From: Planctomycetota bacterium
GTDB lineage: Bacteria; Planctomycetota; PLA2; JAEUHO01
NCBI GenBank assembly: GCA_965222115.1
Contig: CBDCTJ010000001.1
Span: 544,001-608,000, forward strand
Length of the DNA stretch: 64,000 nucleotides
Direction of reading: 5' to 3'
Made by a program: the position numbers and the translations under genes. The notes below the pieces were generated by a model, which did not search any database, was not told where the DNA came from, and was given only the letters and a program-made list of their open reading frames with translations. Shown in pieces: positions 43,429 through 52,870 of this stretch. Position 1 is the stretch's first letter, and each line of letters opens with the position of its first letter.

Positions 43429-45231
43429 ATGCGCGCGGTGCCGATCACCATTCCTGGACTGTTGTTGCCCGCGTTCGCGATGGGCGTTGTCGCTGTGGTG
43501 GCGTGCCTTGCAATGCCATGGGCCGTGGGAGCTGAGGACGAGGAACCCCAAGGCGTCCAGCTCGACTTCGAGTTCTATCGGCAACGCGTGGCCCCCGTCG
43601 TCCACCGCATCTGCGCTCCCTGCCATGCCAACCCGCGCAAGCGACTAGGAAAACACTTCCTACGACCGTCCGTGGGCCGCCGCGTGAAGGATCGCGATCA
43701 CAAGCGAAACTTCGAGACGATTTCTAAGTTCATTGAACCGGGGAATCCTGCGGCGTCGGTGTGGCTGCTCAAGCCCCTCGGTCCCCGTCAGGGCGGCGTT
43801 ACGCACGAGGGCGGACAACGCATCAACATGAACTCCGTTGAGTACGGGTTCATGGTGGACTTCATCAATGGTGCCAAGGTGCCGCCGCCCACCTTTCGAC
43901 CGCCCGAGACCACACCCGGACAACCCGATTTTCTCTACTACGTAGCCCACATTGCACCGCCACTCGCTGCCATTTGTGCCGAGTGTCATAAGGGCAAGGG
44001 CAAAGGGCGCATGAAACTCATTACGCACCCACCCCGCGCCGAGTTTCCGCTTGAAGACCACTTCAAGAACTATCAAACGGTGCTGAAACTCATCAAACCC
44101 GGTAAACCCGATACGTCGCGCTTTCTTCAAAAGCCGCTTGCCACAACCAGTGGCGGCCTGCGTCACAAAGGCGGCGACCACATACACCGCGACGATGAAC
44201 TCCATACCAAGTGGATCAAGTTCATTACGGGTGAACCGGGCCCCCCACTTGCGTCCAAGAACACCGATCTTGGGCACACGTTGCGGGCCACCGGATACAC
44301 GCTGGAAGCGGAGGCGTGTGCCATCGACGGCGATGCCGACATTGAAGAAGACAAGACAGCAAGCGGGTTCTTTACGGTGCGCGCAGGCACATCACAGGCA
44401 CACCTGCGCGCCGATTTGCGCGTCGAAGATGCAGGCAGCTACAAAATGATGCTCCGCGTTCGTCCATCGGACGCCAAATGGGGTTGGGGTCTTGAACCCG
44501 ACGGCCCTTCATCCACGTTCAAGGCCTCCGAAACCGCCGAGGTCGATGAAGCGGGGTTCATTTCCATCGGTCCCAATCACTTGACCGAGGGCAGCCAGCC
44601 CTTTGTGGATGCGCGCGGACCACTCACCTACGAAACGGTTTCAGAACAGAACAAGCCCGACCAGGTACGCATCACATTGGACGGACGTCAATCGGTCGCC
44701 GGGTGGCTCTCGCCCGTGGACGTCGAGCACACCGGTGCCGCATTGCATGTCACGCTCGCCGAAGAGGAATCGCGCGCCGACGACGCCGTATTGCTTTACC
44801 GCGCGCACGACCTCGACAACGGCGTGTTTCTGGCACTCACCGATGGCGGTCGTCGTCTAGTGATCGGCCTCTTGCGAAACGGTAAGCGGCAAGTGATCGA
44901 TTCTGCGAAGGCGGACGTGCCCACGCCGAAAGGCGAACCCACCGTCATCAGCCTCCAGTCGTATCAAGGCGTACTGGTGGGCAGCTTAAACGCGCGCCCC
45001 CGCGTGCGTATGCATCTCAAAAAGTCGCTTCGCGGAGGTCGCATTGGCGTACTCACGCGGGGTGTAGCCACCGTCCACAAACTCGCGGCGCTCGAAGAAT
45101 ACGAGGTCTATACCTCCTCGTGGGCACTCACGCCCACGATCTACTTGCCAGCCGGATTTCACGACCTACGCATTACCATTCCCCCGGGCGGCGTCATCGA
45201 TTCGATCACGTTTACGCCCGTACTCGACTGA
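43429..45231 (+). CDS. Secreted di-heme protein with two repeated planctomycete-type cytochrome c modules
   Basis: CAPCH and CAECH, each followed by N(F/Y)xT...PGxP..S..LxKPL....GG..HxGG; C-terminal beta-sandwich-like region. Confidence 0.75.
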   Translation: MRAVPITIPGLLLPAFAMGVVAVVACLAMPWAVGAEDEEPQGVQLDFEFYRQRVAPVVHRICAPCHANPRKRLGKHFLRPSVGRRVKDRDHKRNFETISKFIEPGNPAASVWLLKPLGPRQGGVTHEGGQRINMNSVEYGFMVDFINGAKVPPPTFRPPETTPGQPDFLYYVAHIAPPLAAICAECHKGKGKGRMKLITHPPRAEFPLEDHFKNYQTVLKLIKPGKPDTSRFLQKPLATTSGGLRHKGGDHIHRDDELHTKWIKFITGEPGPPLASKNTDLGHTLRATGYTLEAEACAIDGDADIEEDKTASGFFTVRAGTSQAHLRADLRVEDAGSYKMMLRVRPSDAKWGWGLEPDGPSSTFKASETAEVDEAGFISIGPNHLTEGSQPFVDARGPLTYETVSEQNKPDQVRITLDGRQSVAGWLSPVDVEHTGAALHVTLAEEESRADDAVLLYRAHDLDNGVFLALTDGGRRLVIGLLRNGKRQVIDSAKADVPTPKGEPTVISLQSYQGVLVGSLNARPRVRMHLKKSLRGGRIGVLTRGVATVHKLAALEEYEVYTSSWALTPTIYLPAGFHDLRITIPPGGVIDSITFTPVLD

Positions 45232-45323
45232 ATTCACCCATCGACGATACCCCGCCTCCGCGAATGGGTATCAGTCCTGGCACGCCACCCCGCCGCTGCT
45301 CGCCCCAGTTCAAAGGAGCCCCC

Positions 45324-46451
45324 ATGAACCACCGCCGAATCATCTTCATGTTGGCCGCTAGCATCGCGACTCTGGAATTCGCAGCACCCGGATTCTCGGT
45401 ATCCAGGGCGAGCGCCGAAGAAGGCGAATCGCTCCCGCCCACCACCGAGTTTTTTGAGACCCACGATCAGAATGCGGACGGCACCGTGACGCAAGACGAG
45501 TTTAGCGGATCGGGCGAAGTGTTTCGTCTGCTCGACAAAGACAAGGACGGCGCGATTACCGGACCGGACCTTGGCTTGCCTGTGGACTACAAGCCCGACC
45601 CGCGTGCTGTCGAACGCGCAAAGAAGCGCGCGCGAGGCATGGCGCCAGAGAACGGCACGGGTTCTGGAAGGCGCAACGCACCCAGTTCAATCCTGCAAGC
45701 CATTACAAAGATGGATGCCGATGGGGACGGCAAAGTCTCTAAAGATGAGTGGAAATTTCGACCGCAAGGCTTTGATCGATTAGATCGAAACCGCGATGGG
45801 TTTATCGACAAGCGCGAACTTAAGCGCGCTGGCGGAGCGGGTGCCGGCGGGGCGGCGCGGCGCATGGCCCAAGCCAAGAAACAATTTCAGCGCTTGGACG
45901 CAAACGGCGATGGCGGCATCGACGCCGAAGAGGCGCCCTATCCCGGTCTACTCAAACGCTTCGACACCGATGGCGATGGCAAAGTCACCATGGAAGAGTT
46001 TGCCAAGCGTCGCCAGCGAGGAAACAACCGCGGCAAGGCTCAAGGGAAGGCCAAGAACAACAGTGCAAAGCGAAAGGCCAAACGTCGCGGGCTCTCGCAG
46101 GGCATGCTGCGCCGTTTTGACTCCGATGCCGATGGCAAAGTCACGCTCGACGAATACCCCGCCAGCCCCGAGCGATTTGGAGAGCTCGACGCGGATGGTG
46201 ACGGATTCCTCACCGAGAAAGACATCGCAGCCGCCGCACCAAAGAAGGACGACGCCACAAAGGGTGCGCCGTCGTCCGACTTCGCCGCTCTGGACGGCGA
46301 CGGCGACGGACGTCTGCATCGCGGCGAGTTCAAAGGCACGGACAAGGAATGGACGGCCTTAGATGCGAATCAAGACGGTTGGCTTACGCCCGAAGAGTTG
46401 GCCAAGGGAGCGTCCACGCCTGACTCGCCGGCGCCGGCCCCAAGCAAATAG
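45324..46451 (+). CDS. Secreted multi-EF-hand protein
   Basis: About 10 DxDxDG loops (e.g. DADGDGKVSKDE, DTDGDGKVTMEE); AAGGAG upstream of ATG 45324. Confidence 0.88.
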   Translation: MNHRRIIFMLAASIATLEFAAPGFSVSRASAEEGESLPPTTEFFETHDQNADGTVTQDEFSGSGEVFRLLDKDKDGAITGPDLGLPVDYKPDPRAVERAKKRARGMAPENGTGSGRRNAPSSILQAITKMDADGDGKVSKDEWKFRPQGFDRLDRNRDGFIDKRELKRAGGAGAGGAARRMAQAKKQFQRLDANGDGGIDAEEAPYPGLLKRFDTDGDGKVTMEEFAKRRQRGNNRGKAQGKAKNNSAKRKAKRRGLSQGMLRRFDSDADGKVTLDEYPASPERFGELDADGDGFLTEKDIAAAAPKKDDATKGAPSSDFAALDGDGDGRLHRGEFKGTDKEWTALDANQDGWLTPEELAKGASTPDSPAPAPSK

Positions 46452-46472
46452 AATCGACCGATCGTGCGCCCA

Positions 46473-47033
46473 CTATTCGAGTGACGGCAATCCGCTCTCG
46501 TCGCCACTGGGCGTGAGACTCCACGCCACAAGGCGATCGCGCTCGGCCTGCCATTTGTCACTGCAGCGCACCTGCAGAAACGTGTTGAAGCAGAGATCGA
46601 GGTCGGCAAGAAAGCGCTCCTGCGCATCCATAAAGAACTGCGCGCGATCTTCGATCGTCTCACCCTCCGGCGTGGGCAATCGCAGTGAAGACAAGCTCAA
46701 ATCTTCGCCCCGCAATGTGACGCGCACTTCCTCGTCGCCGCGCGCTACCAACAAGCGTGCAGCAGTTAGCAACTTTCCGGTGCGGAGCGCCGCGCGCGCT
46801 TCACGACTGGCACCGGGCATGCCCGCGCGAAGCGTCGTGCGTCGGGCGGCGCTGCGTTCGCCGCGGAACTCTAGGTGTTCGTCGAAGTGTACGAATACTT
46901 CCGTGCCATCTTCATGCACAAAGCGCGGTTCCACGTCGCCGCGAAACCAAAGCCACGTCAAAAACTCGGGGCCGAGGTACTCCATCCCCGCCGGCGTGGA
47001 GGCGGTCGCGTTCGCTTGGGGCGTGGCAATCAC
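46473..47033 (-). CDS. RdgC-associated protein resembling the RdgC C-terminal half
   Basis: YLGPEFLTWLWF...SREARAALRTGK; coupled to the upstream rdgC-like gene. Confidence 0.6.
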   Translation of the reverse strand: MIATPQANATASTPAGMEYLGPEFLTWLWFRGDVEPRFVHEDGTEVFVHFDEHLEFRGERSAARRTTLRAGMPGASREARAALRTGKLLTAARLLVARGDEEVRVTLRGEDLSLSSLRLPTPEGETIEDRAQFFMDAQERFLADLDLCFNTFLQVRCSDKWQAERDRLVAWSLTPSGDESGLPSLE

Positions 47034-47740
47034 GAATGAAGCTCCTCACGCACGGTAGATACTGACGCGCTCGACGACGTGAGGCCGCGGGCAACAAACT
47101 CAGGCGGCGCGGCATGTTCGGTACTGTTTACGAAGTCGCTCCGCCGCAGGTCTTGAAATGACTCGCGGAGCGATGACGACGTGAGCAGTTCCTGACCCAG
47201 CGTCCACGGCGTGATGGGCTCAAGCTCGGCATCGAAGGTGTCTTGAAAGTGAAGACACGCGAGTTCATTGGCGGAGCGCGCCAGACTCAACACATGGGCA
47301 ACGCGCTTCTTCGTGTGAACGAGAATGGTGTAGGCATCGATGGTGGGATTGGTCAACCGCAACAGCTCTTTGTGGAGCCCCTCACGAAGCGAGCGCCGCT
47401 CTTCCCGAGGCAGGCGAAACTTCTTACCCGCGGCCTCCGCCTCCTTCCGGCGCCCGCGCAGTTCCAAATCCATCTGGGCGCGAAGGAGCCTTGCGTTGAC
47501 ACGCCGACGATCGATCCGCAGCGCGAGCGCGACGTACTCGCCGCACATTACGGGCCCCTCGTCGAATTCGGTGAGCAATAGATTCTCTGCACTCACCCAC
47601 CCATAGGCGCGCTCCTCGTTGGCTGTAAGCGCGCGAAACCGTCGCTCGTGAACCGCCTTTTGAAAGGCGTCACTATGAGGTGAGGGAACGGTGCCGTGAA
47701 TCCGGTACCGACGAAAGGACTGTGTGCGGAGCCTAAGCAT
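47030..47740 (-). CDS. rdgC: Recombination-associated protein RdgC (N-terminal part)
   Basis: SFRRYRI, EERAYGWV, ALRIDRRRVNARLLR, FQDTF. Confidence 0.65.
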   Translation of the reverse strand: MLRLRTQSFRRYRIHGTVPSPHSDAFQKAVHERRFRALTANEERAYGWVSAENLLLTEFDEGPVMCGEYVALALRIDRRRVNARLLRAQMDLELRGRRKEAEAAGKKFRLPREERRSLREGLHKELLRLTNPTIDAYTILVHTKKRVAHVLSLARSANELACLHFQDTFDAELEPITPWTLGQELLTSSSLRESFQDLRRSDFVNSTEHAAPPEFVARGLTSSSASVSTVREELHS

Positions 47741-47785
47741 GGGGGCAAGACCGTACGACCACCGGGTGACAACACGGAAGGCACC

Positions 47786-48586
47786 TTATTGCGAGCGGGA
47801 ACAGGTGTTTCGCAGTGCGTTCTCGTCGATCCAACGCTCCAATTCTCTGCTTTCCACCGGTTTTCCACAACGCGCTCGAAGGTAAGCGCGTGTCAAACGT
47901 CTCAATTCGAGAGGTCGAAGGGTTACGCGTAGATCCGTGGCGAGCGTTCTGATGTCAAAACGCTCATTCTTTCCGCGTAACCCCGATGACATGCCGCCCC
48001 TTCTACAATCGAGAAACCAAACGGCGCTTGCCGCGTCCCCCTCCTGCACGAGAATGTTGCGCGCGTGCAGATCGCGGTGGACAAATCCGAGTCTGTGCAT
48101 CGCGCCAACCGACGCGCCCAGTGCGCGCACCGTTTGCGCACGCTTCCACGACGACGTGAGCAGTGCGTCTTCCGGGTTCCTCGCACGCGCTGCGAGATCG
48201 GGTGCACCCTCGACCCATTCCGTCAGTAAGGCGTGAGCCACTAGCCTTCTGCTCGTGATCTTGGCCACGGCCATAATCGGACGCACGGCCTGAATGCCAT
48301 TCATTCGCAGCCAGTGGAGGTTGTCAAACTCGCGAATACAAGGCGCGGACCCATACAACGACCCGCGACCGATCAAACCGCGTGACGTTTTCCAACCGGG
48401 ATAGCGATAGCACTTCAAGTAGAAGCGCCTCGACGTTTGCTCGATGTCTAAATCAACCGTTGTCGTGTACGAACCGGGAGCGTCGTCATTCGCCAGTGCA
48501 AGAAACGACTCGGTATCGTGTATGCCGACACGCTTTAGCGCGCTCTGAAGCGCCACATCCACGCGCCACTGGGTAGTTCGACTCAT
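47786..48586 (-). CDS. Kdo/WaaP-family lipopolysaccharide kinase
   Basis: FYLKCY, REFDNL, LLTEWV, HRLGFVHRDLHARNILV, WFLDC. Confidence 0.82.
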   Translation of the reverse strand: MSRTTQWRVDVALQSALKRVGIHDTESFLALANDDAPGSYTTTVDLDIEQTSRRFYLKCYRYPGWKTSRGLIGRGSLYGSAPCIREFDNLHWLRMNGIQAVRPIMAVAKITSRRLVAHALLTEWVEGAPDLAARARNPEDALLTSSWKRAQTVRALGASVGAMHRLGFVHRDLHARNILVQEGDAASAVWFLDCRRGGMSSGLRGKNERFDIRTLATDLRVTLRPLELRRLTRAYLRARCGKPVESRELERWIDENALRNTCSRSQ

Positions 48587-49420
48587 GTTGCGCACCGTTT
48601 TCTCCGAAATTGCGCTGCACACAACGTTGATTGCCCCTGAAACACGCATGAATCGCGGGTAAACGTTCAACTTGATACGATCGGCGCCGATCTGACGCAG
48701 AAATTCTCAATTTGAGAGTCACTTCGCGGTTCCTATACCCAAATCGAGTTCAATTCGCGTTGGGCATGAAAGTTGTATCGCGTGTACATGAAGTTGCGCG
48801 TTGTTTGGGCGTTCTCGTCCTGCGTGCGCAATGGTGCGAGCGTCGAGAACGCTTTCGTCATATCTGCAACATTCGTGGCATTTGTGATTCACGCGTTCCG
48901 CGCTGCTCGTCGCGCCCCAACGGGTCATGCGAGTGGTTGCAACGCTTCGCCGAACTTCACCCGTAGATGGTCGCACGTACCGCGACCCCCAGGATCGAGA
49001 GGTCGTGGGTCTGAGGGCAGAAGGCGTGGACGCGTGCCGACGGGCATGGTGCTGTGCCGGAGGGTTGGATTCAACCCGCGTCGCTCGGAGGGTGAACGGC
49101 GAATCGCGGCACCGCGGAAGTCGGGAAGGGCTTCCGGTTCGGATGACTCCCGTCCAGCGTTTCGAAGGCGAAGTCGTCTTGCAAAGGCGAAATTTGTCGA
49201 ACTTGCTGGGCCGGCGAGGGCAGCAACGGGCAGTTGGACATCGTCGCGAAGTGGTTGGCCACCGCGCGCACTGACTGCACGGGCGTCATCGTTATGACGC
49301 TCACACCTCGATTCGCTCGATGTGAATCGCCCCGTCCGATGCGATGGGGCCGTTCGGGGTTCGCCCTGTTCCGTGAGGTGCGTTCAATTCAAATTCTGGC
49401 TAGGTTTAGGAGACCGCCGT

Positions 49421-49801
49421 ATGGCTGCACGTAGAAAGAAGGGACGCCGCAAGAAGAAGGCGACCCGCAGAAAGAAGGCGACACGCCGCAAGAAGGCACG
49501 TCGTAAGAAGAAGGCAACGCGCAAGAAGAAGCGTCGTCGCAAGAAGAAGGCGACACGCCGCAAGAAGCGTCGCAAGAAGAAGGCGCGTCGCAAGAAGAAG
49601 CGCCGCAAGAAGAAGGCTCGTCGCAAGAAGAAGGCGACACGCCGCAAGAAGCGTCGCAAGAAGAAGGCGACACGCCGCAAGAAGAAGCGTCGTAAGAAGA
49701 AAGCACGTCGCAAGAAGAAGGCAACACGCCGTAAGAAGCGTCGTAAGAAGAAGGCTCGCCGTAAGAAGAAGGCCCGTCGCAAGACGACGCGCCGTAGGTA
49801 G
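49421..49801 (+). CDS. Extremely basic Arg/Lys-rich protein (protamine/histone H1-like), 126 aa
   Basis: AGGAGA RBS 7 nt before the ATG. Repeats RRKKK(A/AT); about 100 of 126 residues are K or R by manual count. Synonymous variation between repeats (CGC/CGT, GCG/GCA/GCT). Followed by an intrinsic terminator. Confidence 0.8.
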   Translation: MAARRKKGRRKKKATRRKKATRRKKARRKKKATRKKKRRRKKKATRRKKRRKKKARRKKKRRKKKARRKKKATRRKKRRKKKATRRKKKRRKKKARRKKKATRRKKRRKKKARRKKKARRKTTRRR

Positions 49802-49853
49802 TGCCGCTTAGAGACGCTCGCGTTCAGCGAACGTGGGCGTTTCTCCTCTTCTC

Positions 49854-49887
49854 AAACCGCCCGGTACGTTACCGGGCGGTTTTTTTT
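49854..49887 (+). terminator. Rho-independent terminator, possibly bidirectional
   Basis: AAACCGCCCGGTA-CGT-TACCGGGCGGTTT followed by a T run, between convergent genes. Confidence 0.85.
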
Positions 49888-50084
49888 ACTCATGAAGATG
49901 CCCAGAGCCTTCGTTTCTCACGTTTCGATTCACAAGGGCGCGCATCGCCAAGTACGGGAATAGCGCGATTCCCCCTACGGACACCATGCGGGGCCACATG
50001 GGGGGTTCGAAACGATCAAAGAGATTCGCCAGCAACACACAGGCGACCGTGAACAGGCCGCACGTCCCAACAAATATGCGTGTT

Positions 50085-51620
50085 CTATGGCCGTGGCTGG
50101 GCATCGGTTGGCCCTTCACCTGACTCGCCAGGCTCTGCACCTTCTTCGGCGGCCTTACGCTCGGCCTCCTTGGCGGCGTCGGCCTCCATTTCGCGCAGGC
50201 GGCGATAGAGCGTGGCCTTTCCAATGCCAAGAATCGATGCAGCGGCTTCGCGGTTGCCGCCCACCGCCAACAAGGTCTGTCGAATCGCTTCACGTTCCAA
50301 CGTGCTGAGTCGTTGGCCTACGCGAAAAGGAATCACCTCGGGCGCTGGGACGTCTTCATTGCCGACGTAATCTTGAATGGCGCGAGGCAAATCGGCTGGC
50401 ACCAACACGTCGCCACGGGCAAGCACCACAGCGCGTTCGATCGCATTTTCCAACTCGCGCACATTCCCGGGCCAGTTATAGACCTGAATAGCGCGAATCA
50501 CTGACTCGTCCATGCTCTTGGGACCGTCGCGGCCCGTGGCTTCAAGCACTTTGGCGAGGTAATGGTCGGCAAGCAGAATCACATCGCCCGGGCGTTCGCG
50601 TAAGGGCGGCACGTGAATCGAAATCACATTGAGGCGCCAATAGAGGTCCTCGCGGAAGCGTCCTTCGCGTACTTCGGCTTCGAGGTCGCGATTGGTGGCT
50701 GCGATCACGCGCACGTCGGTGCGGATGGTTTCACTGCCTCCCACGCGTTCAAACTCGCCTTCTTGCAATACGCGCAAGAGCTTGACCTGGAGCGGCAAAC
50801 TGAGTTCGCCAATCTCATCCAGAAAGAGCGTGCCGCCGTGGGCGAGTTCAAATCGACCCTTGCGCTGTTCATGGGCCCCGGTGTAGGCCCCCTTCTCATT
50901 GCCAAAGAGCTCGGATTCGAGCACACCTTCGGCCAGCGCGGCACAAGCCACCTTAATCAGCGGCCCATTCGCGCGCTCGCTCTGGGCGTGAATCTCCTCG
51001 GTGAGTAACTCCTTACCGGTGCCGCTTTCACCAAGCAGCAGTACCGTGCTGGACACCGGCGCAACGCGTTCGATGACGTCGAGCACGGAACAAAACGAAG
51101 GGCTGGCGCCAATGAGCGGTTTGCGAGATGCACTAGGCGCTCCATGCCCGTTGGAACCACCGTTTTTGCCACCATTCGCTCCGTTGGCGTCATCGGCACC
51201 ACGATTGACGGAACGGGACGCGTCACTCGCGACCTTTGGCCGCTCCGAGATGGCGCGTTTTATCGCGCGACGCACATCGCGAAGTCGAATGGGCTTTTCT
51301 AGTACGTCACACACGCCGCGGCGGACGGCTTTTACGGCCGTGTCTACGCTCGCGAACGCCGAAATCAAAATTGCCGACACGTCGGGCTGCACAACGCGCA
51401 GGCCCTCCAAAAACCCCAGGCCATCCAAGCCCGGCATCTTGAGGTCGGTAAGCACCAAGTCGAGATCGTGGTCCTGCGCTAGCGTAAGTGCGGCATTGCC
51501 CGTCTCCGCCGTGAGAACGGTGTAGCCATCGCGTTGCAGCGCGCGTCCCAATGACTCACGCGTGTTGCGGTCATCGTCCACGATCAGAATCGTGCGGTCG
51601 GTGTCGAGTGTTCGAACCAA
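50085..51620 (-). CDS. Sigma-54-dependent response regulator (NtrC/AtoC family)
   Basis: Receiver [64 protein letters not shown], Fis-type HTH. Confidence 0.96.
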   Translation of the reverse strand: MVRTLDTDRTILIVDDDRNTRESLGRALQRDGYTVLTAETGNAALTLAQDHDLDLVLTDLKMPGLDGLGFLEGLRVVQPDVSAILISAFASVDTAVKAVRRGVCDVLEKPIRLRDVRRAIKRAISERPKVASDASRSVNRGADDANGANGGKNGGSNGHGAPSASRKPLIGASPSFCSVLDVIERVAPVSSTVLLLGESGTGKELLTEEIHAQSERANGPLIKVACAALAEGVLESELFGNEKGAYTGAHEQRKGRFELAHGGTLFLDEIGELSLPLQVKLLRVLQEGEFERVGGSETIRTDVRVIAATNRDLEAEVREGRFREDLYWRLNVISIHVPPLRERPGDVILLADHYLAKVLEATGRDGPKSMDESVIRAIQVYNWPGNVRELENAIERAVVLARGDVLVPADLPRAIQDYVGNEDVPAPEVIPFRVGQRLSTLEREAIRQTLLAVGGNREAAASILGIGKATLYRRLREMEADAAKEAERKAAEEGAEPGESGEGPTDAQPRP

Positions 51621-51813
51621 GAGAATCCTCGCCGAAGAGTGTAACGTCCGGCGGCATTATGTGTGTGGGGTACCCCCGTGGTCACTTCCAATTAGCTCTT
51701 GGTCAGGTCCGCGGGACTGCGTGATAGCGAACTCGCGCGCTACGTAGCCGACCACTGCGCTGGCATCGAACCATCGAGGCCGAGCTGGAGATGCAAGTCG
51801 TTGACGTCAATCA

Positions 51814-52653
51814 TCACTTGCCCAGGGGGCGCTTAGTGTATCGGTGAATAGAAACTGGCAATATGTCGATGGACGACTCAAGAGAAATGTCGGAACTGAG
51901 CTTTTTCCGCCGGCCCAACCGAGGAAGCTGCTTGGGTGAAGGGCCATAAATCGGACGCTGGCTCAGATAGGTGCTTCCATTGAAGGCCGAGATCACATAG
52001 GTCAGAAATTGCGAAGGAAACACATCCTCAAGGGCGGGTTCCTCAATGCCCAATCGGCCAAAGTCGTCCTCGGTCACAAGTATGAGATTGGTATCCGTCG
52101 CCGTGACAAGTCGGTAGTTCCGTTCATGAGCCAACTCCACGAGGGCCCTCGCCGATGCACCAAACGGCCCGCGCCCCGCTTGCTGCACCATGGACACCGA
52201 CGGCGGAACGGTTGGGTTGAATTCAATCACCAAGCAGCGTGGGCGCAGCTCCTTTAGGTTGGCAAACAGATGGTAGTCATCGCCGTCGATGTCGATCGAC
52301 AGCAGATCGAGGTCCTTAGGAACACCGCGCGGTACAAGCAATGCGTCGAGTGCATGCTCGCCCGTTGGTGTTGCAAGCGCGTGAATAACTTGCACGGAAG
52401 GAAACTCGGCGGTGCTTTCGCGGAGTGCCTCACAACGATCCCTCTCGCATTCAATCAATGCCGCCGACCAGCCCTCGTTGTGCCAAAGCTGCCACACATT
52501 GCTAAGGTATTTTCCATCCCACGCACCTAACTCGACGCAGTATTTGTTTCGTATTCCCATACGGGAGAATACTTCTTTAAGAACTCCGTCTTCTCCCGAC
52601 TGGGACGTGACGGAACTACGACACTCATTGAACGGGGTGTTGAGGCTTTGCAT
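51814..52653 (-). CDS. FkbM-related methyltransferase-like protein
   Basis: SQSGEDGVL, CVELGAWDG..LSN, DLLSIDIDGDDY, VIEFNP. Confidence 0.7.
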   Translation of the reverse strand: MQSLNTPFNECRSSVTSQSGEDGVLKEVFSRMGIRNKYCVELGAWDGKYLSNVWQLWHNEGWSAALIECERDRCEALRESTAEFPSVQVIHALATPTGEHALDALLVPRGVPKDLDLLSIDIDGDDYHLFANLKELRPRCLVIEFNPTVPPSVSMVQQAGRGPFGASARALVELAHERNYRLVTATDTNLILVTEDDFGRLGIEEPALEDVFPSQFLTYVISAFNGSTYLSQRPIYGPSPKQLPRLGRRKKLSSDISLESSIDILPVSIHRYTKRPLGK

Positions 52654-52870
52654 GTGGCGCCAAGATACCAAGCAAAGGCACGATCCTCACATTTGACGCG
52701 TTTCGTCGAGCGCGTGTCAAGTGTGTTGCGATGCATGGAACACGGCGGACGAGGGACAGCTTGTCCATCGTGACGCGAGATTGGGCATTATCTACAATCC
52801 AATACATGAAACGAGGCTCATTGGGATGTGCCATGATGCCCGGCGCTTTCGCATCCATACTCGGATGCCG

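Noticed and set aside
49100-49160. Cobalamin riboswitch suggested by GGGAAGG
   Set aside because: The other conserved B12-box elements are absent and the downstream gene is unrelated.
49384-49782. Antisense ORFs rich in RRxFFL or SSCD repeats
   Set aside because: Shadows of the Arg/Lys-rich gene, which has the RBS and terminator.
49430-49800. CRISPR array or plain microsatellite
   Set aside because: The repeats are codon-phased with synonymous variation and have no unique spacers; no cas genes are present.
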